This document shows, in pieces, positions 20,501 through 28,899 of a stretch of DNA of 64,000 bases; position 1 is the stretch's first letter, and every line of letters begins with the position of its first letter. The notes under the pieces were generated by a model that was not told the DNA's origin, made no database searches, and worked only from the letters and a program-made list of their open reading frames with translations. A program made the translations under genes and the position numbers. The stretch is from a virus. Location: the IMG/VR virus record IMGVR_UViG_3300043399_000788, positions 15,302 to 79,301 of that record; one strand, 5' to 3'.

Positions 20501-23500
20501 TAAATTACAATAAAGGTGACATTGTAATATTCAAAGAAGAATATTTTACTGCTGCCGATAAAATTTCAGCAAGCATCGACTTTAACTTTGAATTATGGAT
20601 AAAAACAGAATATAATTCAATTAAGAAAGGGTTGCTGCCAAACCTTGCAAACAAAGCTGGTCTATTTAAGAATTTCTATAACAGCAATGACGTTAACCTT
20701 GAGCAAGATGCACAAACACTTGGTAAAAATCTAATTGGATTTGAGTCACGTAGTTATATGGAAGATCTTGGCATAAGTGATACAAGTCAATTTAAATTCT
20801 ATCAAGGTATGCTTAGTCAAAAAGGCACTAACTCAAGTCTTGATAAGTTGTTAAAAGCTAAAGTAGATAACTTTGGTGGCTACGCTAATGTATATGAAGA
20901 ATGGGCAATCAAGGTAGGTTCATACGGTGCAACAGACAGCACTAGAAATCTACAAATTGAACTTGATGAAGCATGGGCAGTTAAGGATCCTCTTGTAATT
21001 GAATTGCTAAATGATAATGATGCTATGCCAACGGGCTATAAAGGGCTACGTAGTAAGGACATTTTTGTTAAGCATATCCCATACGATAAAAACTTCTTAA
21101 ATTATCGTTCAACAAAAACAACTCCAAGTGATTTATATACTGCTGGGTACGCACAGTTAAGTGATGTTGACTACGCAAGTCCAACTAGAGCTGCTTTAAA
21201 TTCTTATGTACAAGGAGCAGACGTAGGTCCAGGTGATTTAATTTGGATTGCGGCAGATAGGAATAATCAGTGGAGTGTTTATAGAATTGATGAAACTGAT
21301 GTTCGTTTAGAAAGTCTAAACATTATTGCTAATGGTAATGCTACTATTCGTTGCGTTAATAATCACGGATTAGAAAAGAACGATCTAATTTATATCACTA
21401 GCGATAATATTAATCCAAATGTTTTTGGATTCTTCACTGTAACTACTATATTAGATGCAAGAACATTTGTAGTTTCTACTGGTTATGGTGCAGCACAAGT
21501 TAACCCATTTGGGGGATTTGTTTACAAATTAAAGAATATGCGATTTGAAAATGTGCAGCAAGTCGCAAGTCAAGAACCACTCAAAGGTTGGCAAAAAGAC
21601 GACACTATATTTGTAGATAAAGCAGATAATCAAGGTTGGAAAATTTATCAAAACGATAAATCATGGAACGTTGGGCCATCATTTAGATCCAAGTTAAGTT
21701 TTCTTGGAGACAGGTTAGGTCACAGCTTAGCAACTGATGTTGAAAATCTATATATGATTGCAGGTCGCCCTGGTTATAATAATGATCAAGGCGGCATCGT
21801 TCTTTATAGTATTAACATAAGTGGAGATTTAGCAGAAATAGCTAATCTAACTACAAATAGCAATGAAACAAGTGGAGTTGGATTATCAGTTTCAGCAAGC
21901 AACGATTCATTCTTTGCTGCTGGTGCACCAACTTCTGCAAACAATTTAGGGTACGTTGTAATATTTGCTTCAAATCCTGAAACAGGTAATTTTAGAACAC
22001 AGCAAGTTATTACAGCAGATACATTAGATTTAGACGGTGAGTTTGGATACAGTGTAAAATTAAGCAATGACGGTAATTGGTTAGTTGTTGGTCAACCTGG
22101 TATTGATGAAGGTTATGTTTACGTCTATCAAAGAAATATTGTGAGAGTTGCTCCATCAGCAACAGCAAACTTCCAAGCTGATGGTAGTTCAGTTGCATAT
22201 GAGCTAACTGGGGATTTAGCAAATCCAAATGATGTTGAAAGCGTATACGTAACAATTAATGGTATAGCATTAAATCCAGGTGTAGATTATGATATTGTTG
22301 AAAGCACTTTGATATTCTCTGAAATTCCAATTATTAGTAGCAACATAGTTGTTACTGTCAATAGAAGTGAACCAAAACAAACATTCCTTGCTGACGGCAT
22401 TACTAACGAGTTTGAATTATCAGGCGATAACGCAACACCGTCTAGCATTTATGCTTTATTTGTTGAAGTTGACGGAGTCATTCAAGTACCATTTAAAGAT
22501 TATACACTTGGTATTGTTGGAGGGAAGTATATAGTTACAATAACTGATACTCCTGTAGGCGGAGTCGAAGTAGTTATTAGTCAAAGAACACACTATTCAC
22601 TAGTAACATCCTTTACTAATGCCGCTGCTACTATTGGTGATAGATTTGGCCAAACAGTTGAACTCACAGATAATGCAAGGCAAATTTTAGTTGGTGCTCC
22701 TGCAAGCATAATTGATGGAATAGATAACACAGGCAAAATTTACATCTATGATAGAACAGCAGAAATATATTACGCAGATGGGGTTTCTAACGATTATGTA
22801 ACCTTGTCAAACATTGAAGGTAAACCTTATGTTTATGTTGACAATCAAAAATTAGTAGAGTTTGAAGATTATTATCAAACAGCCTTAGATACGATACAAT
22901 TTGTTAATAAACCATCTACTGGTAGTTTAATAAAAATTGAAACAAACAACTTAATACTAACTGATGCTTTAACAGCAGAAGATGCAAACGATGACTTAGA
23001 AGAATCTGCAAGGTTTGGTGAAAGCATTGTTGTTTGCCCAACTAATTGTTCAGTCTATGTTGGTTCTCCTGGTAGAAATTCGTCAAGTAAAATTAATGCA
23101 GGCAAAGTTTATCGTTTTATAAATCAAGGAAGAGCATTTGGCAAGATCAGAGGCACAGTTGAAAACCCAACTATAGCTAATGATTCTGCATTAATCATAA
23201 ATGATTTTATTATTGGATTGTATTCTGGTTATGGACTTAACGATATAATTGATGCAATAAACAATGCAGTGATCCCAGGAGTGACAGCAAGTAACTTCAA
23301 TGATTATCTTCAAATTGAAACTAACAGTTTAATTACAGGTGAGAAACTTCTTATCTCTGAGGCTATTGGTAACCCAGCAGAAGATATTGGGGTAGTCATC
23401 TATCCTCACCAACAAACAATTGATAGTCCGCAAGATGATCATTATGTTGAGTTTGGTAGATCATTGGCTATTGGGTCCGAAGCAGATTTATTAGCAATTG

Positions 23501-26500
23501 GTAGTTCTAGAGCAAGTTCACGTTTGGAAACTACAATTGATAATAAGACAACTTACTTTGATGCTAGAGCAACTTCTTTTAATGATATTAGAAAGCAAAG
23601 TGGAGCTGTTTGGTTATATCAAATGCTATCAACATCAAACTCAAGCGCACAAAATCCAGGTCAGTTTATTTCTGGTCAACGTTTGATTAACTCATTTATC
23701 GATAACCTAGATGAGTATGGCGCCAGTATTGCTATTAACAAAACAACAATTTATGTTGGCGCACCTGGTGACGACACACGTATTGCTAACGATAGTTCAT
23801 TATCAAATGCCGGTGCAGTATTCTCTTTTGAAAATAGTAGCAAACAAAAAATTTGGAAAACAATTAGAAGAGAAGAAGGCAAAGTTGATATTAACTTAAT
23901 CAACAGAGTATTCTTGTACAACAAAGAAACAAGTGCAATTGTTGCAGATCTTGAATTTATTGATCCTGTAAAAGGAAAAATAAGTGGTCTAGCCGCACAA
24001 GAAATTACATATCAAACACCGTATGATCCGGCAGTATATAATAATACTTCTGCTGGCAGAGTATGGGGTAAAGAACACATTGGTCAAGTTTGGTGGGATA
24101 TTAGTCAAACAAGATGGTTAGATTATGAGCAAGGAAATGTTGACACAAGAGGTGTTAACTGGAATACCGCTTTCCCTGGATCAACTGTTATTTGCTACGA
24201 GTGGATCGAAAACGATTTACCTCCAACTCAATTTGTAGATGAGAAAGATCCTACAGCATTTGCAAGATCAAATACTTTTAATATTATTGCTAATATTGAT
24301 AGCAATACAGGTGTAGTAACCAACAAATATTATTACTGGGTTGCAGGAAAAAGAACAATTCCTCAAATTAATAATCGCAGATATAGTACTGTTGATTTAG
24401 AAAATCTAATTGCAAACCCACGTTCAACTGGTATACCATTTATTACATTCATTGCAAGAAATGCAGTTGCATTGTACAACTGTTCAAATCTATTGCAAGA
24501 CAAAAATGTAATTTTAAATATTGATTACGATTATAAACTAAACGAGAATTCAATCCACACTGAGTTCCAACTACTTTCAGAAAATGATCCAGCAAGTCAT
24601 CCAAATGAAAAGCTTGTACAAAAGATGATTGACAGTTTGGCTGGTACAGATGTACTAGGAAATCTAGTACCTGATGTTAAGTTAACAATTGGTGAGAAAT
24701 ACGGTATTGAATATCGCCCTCGTCAAACAATGTTTAGAAATCGTAAGGAAGCATTAAAATCTGCTGTAAGTTATATTAACAGAATATTGTCTGAAATACC
24801 AGCAAGAGACAAAAAAGACGTTTCTAACTTATTAGCTTACGAATTAATTCCTAATGTAAATCAAAATGCATACGATGATGTTGTAAATGATCGTGTTGAA
24901 CTTGGTTATATTAACATTAATCTACTACCTGCTAACTATCGAATTCTAGTTAGAAGTGATGCAGAAGTTAGCAACAGATGGGCAATATATCGCAAGCAAA
25001 ATAATATTTGGATTCTTGATAGAGTTCAAACTTTTGATAACAGGCGTTACATTGATACAATTGATTGGATTAAACCAGGCGAAGTAGATCCAATTGTAAC
25101 AAATTATACTATTAATTTTAACTATGAGTTACTAAGCTTAACTCCAATCGAAGGTGATACTGTTAAAGTTAAGGATTCAGGTGATGGAAGATATGCTGTA
25201 TTAAAGTTCACTAATCAAAATGGTTATGAAATTATTAAAAAAGAAGCAGCAACTTACAAGATTCTAGATGCAATATGGAATGAATCTACATACGTTCAAG
25301 GATTTGACAGAGAAACATTTGATGTACAAATATTTGACGATTGGCCAACACTTGAAATACAGAAAATATTAAGAGCTATCTATGATGATATTTTTGTATC
25401 CGAAGATCAAGTGCAAAAGAACAAATGGTTCCTCTTAGTTATAAAGCATTTGTTAGCAGAACAAAAATATGTTGATTGGGTATTTAAAACTAGCTTCATC
25501 AAAGTTGAACACAGAGATCAACAAGCTATTAGTCAAATCCCAAGCTTGCAAAAAGATAGACAGGATAACTTACGCAAATACATTGAAGAAGTTAAACCAT
25601 ATCATACAAAGATCAGAGAATTTATAAACAGCCATGAAGGCACAGATGTTTATGAATCTGCAACTACTGACTTTGACGTTCCTGCTTACTTTAATGAAAC
25701 TAACGGAACATACCGTAGTCCAACTGGATTAGATGAAATAGATGACATTATTTTTGATCGTCCAGAGTACGCAGCATGGCTTAACAATCATACACTAGAA
25801 ATAGAATCTGTGTTAGTGTATAATACAGGATCAGGATATAGCAGTCCTCCAGCACTAACAGTAGTTGGGGGTTCTGGAACTGGTGCAAAACTTGAAGCAG
25901 TTATCGTAAACGGACAAATTACTAGTGTATCAGTAATTAATTCAGGAACAGGTTTCATTACTACACCAACTATTGAAATTGGTAATTCAAGTGGTGACGG
26001 TGCTATTTTAATTCCTGTTATGACTAACCAAAAAGTTCGTAGCATTAAAGATACAGTTAAATTTGATCGCATTCCAAACAATGGAGGATTTTTAGTACAG
26101 TTCTTAGATAGCTTTGGTAATCCAGTTGATATCCGCAATCAACGTAAATCACGTATCATTGGAGAACAAGGCGTAATTGACGAGTTACTAGATGCGCTAA
26201 CAGGGTTTAATTGGATAAAGGAAAATAGTGGATCAGTTAACTGGCCAGTTGAAAATGCTAGTAACTATAGAATTTTCTCAGATGATTCAGGAAGAATTCA
26301 AGTACAATATAAAAAGACACAAGGGGGATGGACAGCATCATTCCTCCAAGCATATCTAAGATCTCTTGGATATGCTGTAGGCATAGATGAATTAGACATC
26401 AGTGGAACAACTGTTGTAGTTGACGGCAACATGAGTTTGTATGCCCCAACTGTTATGGAATGGCAACCAAATACACGTTATGATACAGGGGATATTGTGA

Positions 26501-28872
26501 CATATAATAATCGTGCATACGTATTGCGTGATTCAGTTCCATCAACTATAACTGGGGAATACTTTACAATAGAAGATTTTAGATTATATGATGCAAGCGA
26601 GTTTGAAAGTCATTTAAACAGAACTTGGGCATATTATCAACCTATTGCAGGATTACCAGGAAAAGATCTTGGTCAATTGTTTGCTGGTGTTGAATATCCT
26701 GGTGTTAAAGTGCAAGGACCAGGATTTAGAGCAGAACCAGGTTACGATGTTGGCAACTATGATATGGATAGCTTCGATCAATATATTATTGGTGCAGAAG
26801 GTGTTGCATTGCTCGATGAAAGTGTATTAGATCAAACATTGCGTAGTGATTTCCTAGACACTACACTAGGAACAAAACCAGAAGATTTAATTACATTTGG
26901 GGGAAGTTTTGTTGATACTTATTCAAGTCATGCCCCAGAAGAAGCAGTTCCAGGTCGTGTATACGATACTCTCAATATAACTGTTCATACATTAAGTACT
27001 AACTTTGCTGATGATACTACTGGATTCAGCCCAAGATTTAATGTAAACAAGCATACCACAGATGGAGTTACAAAACGATTTAAATTTAATGATGGTACCC
27101 AAACACATAGCGGAGATTATTTTATAGTCTATTCTGATATTTTTGGTCCATTGTATAGGAAAATTGAAGAAACTAACTTTGCTCCGCCAACAAGTATTGT
27201 TGAGGGTGGATATTATGCTCAAGCTATGCAGAGAACATATTCAGTTGATTGGCAAAATCAAGAAATTGTTTTTGAGACTCCGTTAATTGAAAATGATATC
27301 ATAACAATTATGAATATTGGTCAAATAGGTGAAAATATTCTCGCTGATGACTATTATGAGGGTGATGGAAAAACAGCAGCATTTAGATTCAATGTTAGCT
27401 TTAATCAAATAGGAGGCGTATTAGTTCTTGTTAATGGAATTCCAAGAACAGATTACTCTACTCAAAACATTAACGGTGAACCTCACGTTGTATTCTATGC
27501 TGCTCCAGCTGAAGGTAGTCACGTACACTTAATAGCAACATTGTCAACTAGTGGTGCCATAAGTTATGTTAATACACAGTACACACAAGTTCATAATTTG
27601 AATAGATCTATTATTTTAAATCGATCTATTCAAAATGATAGAGCAAAAGATACTGTAATGATTGTTGAATTGAATAGTAAACGTTTAAGACCAGGAAACA
27701 GTAATTATTATGTTGGTGATGGTGTTACAACTGCATTTAATCTTCCAAATTCTGCTGATGATGATTATTCTGCAATTAACTTAGGTAAAATTGAAGTTTG
27801 GATTAACGGTATTAAAATACCTGATTCAAACTACAATATAACTCCGTATGACGGAAGTACAGCACCTCAGGTAGAATTTAACACTGCCCCACGAGAAGGA
27901 TCAGATATTAGCTTAACTTACTCAGGTGAAGCAGAATATTCTTATGATCCACAAACACGCACTGTTAGAGTTTCAGAAGCAATCGATGTTCCAAACGGTA
28001 GCTTACTATCTGTTACAGCATTTAGCTATCACGATTCTTATAAGTTTAAAACTAAAATCTTTAAAGGCGTAGATTTTGCTACAGCAGTAGTAGAAGTTGA
28101 TGTTGGTTATGGAATGGTTTCTTTTGATTCTATTGAATTCGATAGCACTCAAACAGTTACAAAGGCACTTGGTCAAAGCTATCAAATTGATAGCGATCAA
28201 AATAATGCTGAAAAAGTATTCATCAGTATAAACGGTAAAACATTGATTGCAGGGTATGAATATAACATAGTAAATGGAAAAATTTCCTTACCTGATTCGA
28301 TTATAATCAATGACGATACAATCATCATAGTTACTTGGATGAGTCCTATTGAATACACTAATGCAACAACATTCCGTGTTTTTAAAGATTTAAATGATAA
28401 CTTCTACTATAATAGACTTTCGTTAAATGAAGCAACAACATTAACTAAAAACTTGTTAATAACTGATAAGGAAATTTATGTAAAAGATGCAAGCAAACTT
28501 AGCGAACCAAACTTAGATCAAAATATTCCTGGAGTAATATTCATTGGGGGAGAACGCATAACATATTGGAAGAAAGATGGAAATGTTCTAAGTCAAATTA
28601 GAAGAGGAACAGCTGGAACACCTGCTACACTTGAATATGCTTCAGGTAGTATTGTTGTTGATGCAAGCGGTAAATCTGCAATACCAAACGGAGAATTAGG
28701 AACATGGTACGATTTAGGTGAAGAAGGACCATCTAATGGTAAAGGACTATTGCTTTCTAACACTATACAAGCTAGATTCTTGAAAGAAAGCAAGGGTATT
28801 GTTCCATTCTTAAGTGCTATTCAAATTGAAGGATATATTTTACCTGGCTATGTTGTAGAACAGTATTTCTAA
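14521..28872 (+). CDS. Giant (4783 aa) baseplate/virion structural protein with FG-GAP-like propeller repeats, VxVNG Ig-like repeats and CBM5/12-like modules
   Basis: Single uninterrupted ORF after gp6. Contains FG(Y/Q/E/R)S...VG(A/S)P repeats, three W-x-P-x3-[YF]-x2-GD-[IL] modules, and GTGAKLEAVIVNGQITSVSVINSGTGF. Confidence 0.7.
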   Translation: MAYRRSLDFLPNVFRTEVNEKFLHATIDQLISEPELKRVDGYIGRRFSPVSGSNDSFINELTTSRQNYQLEPHTTYLDDDSKVRFTAGYVDLLRRIESLGGFTNNHSRLFSDTTYNYDGFIDYDKFLNYSSYYWIPNGPNAVPVYSTEIPLQQEFNVVPPNLYQIVNGEYEKEKFDFLAFDVSENTISRVREDGIRFDVTGDRINPTIRLARGGVYTFNVDQVGHGLFIQTQPGTTEELGWQGNLSSRDVFGVENNGEDVGTITFKVPEINAQDFFLRMPVFASANLLAHSRRRNRDLRYNEIHYQKYNDIVSKFGGIDGQYMLEGKTIVFPRDPATGKNPQPWAPNTEFFEGDLIQYANTVYRVLETYTTGRMFTDTKLEVYDLQESWFDPDPFDSVDHSFDSRGFDIGNDVSFEHRRGIFNITINQDGYVVLQPGSVIPRNNQVKILEGVAYGNKSVYRNSNDDIVLMPLTTANLDRFYYADSLDPNIGGVIEIVDQNNNSYIDVLGSIIGKPNYESPNNVKLTNGLKIKFLTDVIPTEYANKTYYVEGVGKAIKLVDEDTLLANETWLNTIESPFDLNDFDAEGFSASTNSPLNPDYFVINRSSIEQSGWTRHNRWFHKDVIELTSKYNNFNISIDSSARAKRPILEFDPNLQLFNFGQIAKKAVDVIDTKTVDALSLVEGKAVKSIDSNIVYFTGSASAVAEFRLEKEREGYTVVRETSQGGVVTIQMKLQGISGYYIDDVPLSPGMRVIFTADTDPDVRNKIYQVEWIRPQNETDDRVWDFVSDGSTNSFDLNFNVADASRLQVFVNGIDASSQGYYWSYLLATQNIVFSLNTPPADANITVSLEFDEQIHLVLAEDSEVQEGDCVYVKQGLNYQGKMFHFLNDMWKEAQQKTKINQPPLFDLYDENRVSFGDTTAYSSTDFNGCKLFGYEIGTGIVDPILGIKLKYKNINNIGDIVLGDFISKDTFLYREGQQSITKSTIGAKVKENLPDRTFTFRNQWRKVRQKGRQPQLQTYYATDYKKNLFKLNVMPDGITNQMLTNVIVYINNKLLFNNRYDLQIEDNNAYLLLDNDLKVGDKIDIKVYSSEINENSIFGVPLNYTNNPFNKEVTDVTLGQFRTHIDSCIEDIPNISDEPLSPNNIRDTLDIKSFRGTILQHSGATHIANFLLNDTQANFVSAVINAQREYVRFKNRFIQLTEELMLINESPSETLEKVMNEIVANKNKNFAYFTSDMLPFGNDYNKRIYKVYDTRLTTYDLSEIFNISNPSSKSVLVYLNNRQLILGKDYEILTERPIIELNLTNVTLNENDIIEIREYTTTDGSYIPPTPTKLGLYPVFVPTFVVDGYGENARKMIRGHDGSLNTTFDDNRDNVILELETRIFNNIKSAYNIDRFDIWNYIPGAFRKTDYNLDEFNSILSSHFSAWSGSNSIAVSDYRQYDANDSFTYNYGRFTNRVDGKMMPASSWRGMYRYYYDTDAPHLRPWEMLGFVEKPSWWDITYGPAPYTSGNTVLWGDIEAGKILFGERAGVDSRFARPGLSNILPVDENGELLSPMNCLTKDTSELDVSGFFKFGDGGPVETAWKQSSEYPFVLQIAIALMKPSEYFGVNIDANKQIIDLFDEQEIFIETGIRESSNRYVQNEVDENSNVYRVNSYSTWVSEYCKSKGLDVTNALGKKLRKLESRLGYKVGGYTDKKYLRIITDQFTPASDNPGVIIPDDDFDIVLNKSAPLYNLTYSGVIVTKTVDGYSVTGYDDNKPYFNIESSSENNNKSYIKVGKLAVTKYHDGTGEIYRVPYGTEFFSIDQVADFLISYGRYLTRQGFQFTDKLDADASWYQDWDLAVREFLFYVQQGWETDVAISLSPVGNKINYRSPFGAVDSLNNKPLSTRILDEDFKIVRANEYTVYRNGRDFNAKVDANRGIYLVDIDVVEYEHVIIFNNKTRFNDVIYDSIIGDRQHRLRLQGFKTSDWDGSYSAAGFIINEDNVEEWRPGVNYNKGDIVIFKEEYFTAADKISASIDFNFELWIKTEYNSIKKGLLPNLANKAGLFKNFYNSNDVNLEQDAQTLGKNLIGFESRSYMEDLGISDTSQFKFYQGMLSQKGTNSSLDKLLKAKVDNFGGYANVYEEWAIKVGSYGATDSTRNLQIELDEAWAVKDPLVIELLNDNDAMPTGYKGLRSKDIFVKHIPYDKNFLNYRSTKTTPSDLYTAGYAQLSDVDYASPTRAALNSYVQGADVGPGDLIWIAADRNNQWSVYRIDETDVRLESLNIIANGNATIRCVNNHGLEKNDLIYITSDNINPNVFGFFTVTTILDARTFVVSTGYGAAQVNPFGGFVYKLKNMRFENVQQVASQEPLKGWQKDDTIFVDKADNQGWKIYQNDKSWNVGPSFRSKLSFLGDRLGHSLATDVENLYMIAGRPGYNNDQGGIVLYSINISGDLAEIANLTTNSNETSGVGLSVSASNDSFFAAGAPTSANNLGYVVIFASNPETGNFRTQQVITADTLDLDGEFGYSVKLSNDGNWLVVGQPGIDEGYVYVYQRNIVRVAPSATANFQADGSSVAYELTGDLANPNDVESVYVTINGIALNPGVDYDIVESTLIFSEIPIISSNIVVTVNRSEPKQTFLADGITNEFELSGDNATPSSIYALFVEVDGVIQVPFKDYTLGIVGGKYIVTITDTPVGGVEVVISQRTHYSLVTSFTNAAATIGDRFGQTVELTDNARQILVGAPASIIDGIDNTGKIYIYDRTAEIYYADGVSNDYVTLSNIEGKPYVYVDNQKLVEFEDYYQTALDTIQFVNKPSTGSLIKIETNNLILTDALTAEDANDDLEESARFGESIVVCPTNCSVYVGSPGRNSSSKINAGKVYRFINQGRAFGKIRGTVENPTIANDSALIINDFIIGLYSGYGLNDIIDAINNAVIPGVTASNFNDYLQIETNSLITGEKLLISEAIGNPAEDIGVVIYPHQQTIDSPQDDHYVEFGRSLAIGSEADLLAIGSSRASSRLETTIDNKTTYFDARATSFNDIRKQSGAVWLYQMLSTSNSSAQNPGQFISGQRLINSFIDNLDEYGASIAINKTTIYVGAPGDDTRIANDSSLSNAGAVFSFENSSKQKIWKTIRREEGKVDINLINRVFLYNKETSAIVADLEFIDPVKGKISGLAAQEITYQTPYDPAVYNNTSAGRVWGKEHIGQVWWDISQTRWLDYEQGNVDTRGVNWNTAFPGSTVICYEWIENDLPPTQFVDEKDPTAFARSNTFNIIANIDSNTGVVTNKYYYWVAGKRTIPQINNRRYSTVDLENLIANPRSTGIPFITFIARNAVALYNCSNLLQDKNVILNIDYDYKLNENSIHTEFQLLSENDPASHPNEKLVQKMIDSLAGTDVLGNLVPDVKLTIGEKYGIEYRPRQTMFRNRKEALKSAVSYINRILSEIPARDKKDVSNLLAYELIPNVNQNAYDDVVNDRVELGYININLLPANYRILVRSDAEVSNRWAIYRKQNNIWILDRVQTFDNRRYIDTIDWIKPGEVDPIVTNYTINFNYELLSLTPIEGDTVKVKDSGDGRYAVLKFTNQNGYEIIKKEAATYKILDAIWNESTYVQGFDRETFDVQIFDDWPTLEIQKILRAIYDDIFVSEDQVQKNKWFLLVIKHLLAEQKYVDWVFKTSFIKVEHRDQQAISQIPSLQKDRQDNLRKYIEEVKPYHTKIREFINSHEGTDVYESATTDFDVPAYFNETNGTYRSPTGLDEIDDIIFDRPEYAAWLNNHTLEIESVLVYNTGSGYSSPPALTVVGGSGTGAKLEAVIVNGQITSVSVINSGTGFITTPTIEIGNSSGDGAILIPVMTNQKVRSIKDTVKFDRIPNNGGFLVQFLDSFGNPVDIRNQRKSRIIGEQGVIDELLDALTGFNWIKENSGSVNWPVENASNYRIFSDDSGRIQVQYKKTQGGWTASFLQAYLRSLGYAVGIDELDISGTTVVVDGNMSLYAPTVMEWQPNTRYDTGDIVTYNNRAYVLRDSVPSTITGEYFTIEDFRLYDASEFESHLNRTWAYYQPIAGLPGKDLGQLFAGVEYPGVKVQGPGFRAEPGYDVGNYDMDSFDQYIIGAEGVALLDESVLDQTLRSDFLDTTLGTKPEDLITFGGSFVDTYSSHAPEEAVPGRVYDTLNITVHTLSTNFADDTTGFSPRFNVNKHTTDGVTKRFKFNDGTQTHSGDYFIVYSDIFGPLYRKIEETNFAPPTSIVEGGYYAQAMQRTYSVDWQNQEIVFETPLIENDIITIMNIGQIGENILADDYYEGDGKTAAFRFNVSFNQIGGVLVLVNGIPRTDYSTQNINGEPHVVFYAAPAEGSHVHLIATLSTSGAISYVNTQYTQVHNLNRSIILNRSIQNDRAKDTVMIVELNSKRLRPGNSNYYVGDGVTTAFNLPNSADDDYSAINLGKIEVWINGIKIPDSNYNITPYDGSTAPQVEFNTAPREGSDISLTYSGEAEYSYDPQTRTVRVSEAIDVPNGSLLSVTAFSYHDSYKFKTKIFKGVDFATAVVEVDVGYGMVSFDSIEFDSTQTVTKALGQSYQIDSDQNNAEKVFISINGKTLIAGYEYNIVNGKISLPDSIIINDDTIIIVTWMSPIEYTNATTFRVFKDLNDNFYYNRLSLNEATTLTKNLLITDKEIYVKDASKLSEPNLDQNIPGVIFIGGERITYWKKDGNVLSQIRRGTAGTPATLEYASGSIVVDASGKSAIPNGELGTWYDLGEEGPSNGKGLLLSNTIQARFLKESKGIVPFLSAIQIEGYILPGYVVEQYF

Positions 28873-28878
28873 TAAATA
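28871..28878 (+). promoter_or_regulatory. Late promoter box AATAAATA
   Basis: Upstream of the fibre gene, followed by SD AAGGA and ATG at 28900. Confidence 0.6.
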
Positions 28879-28899
28879 AATTTGAATAAGGATTTTCAA

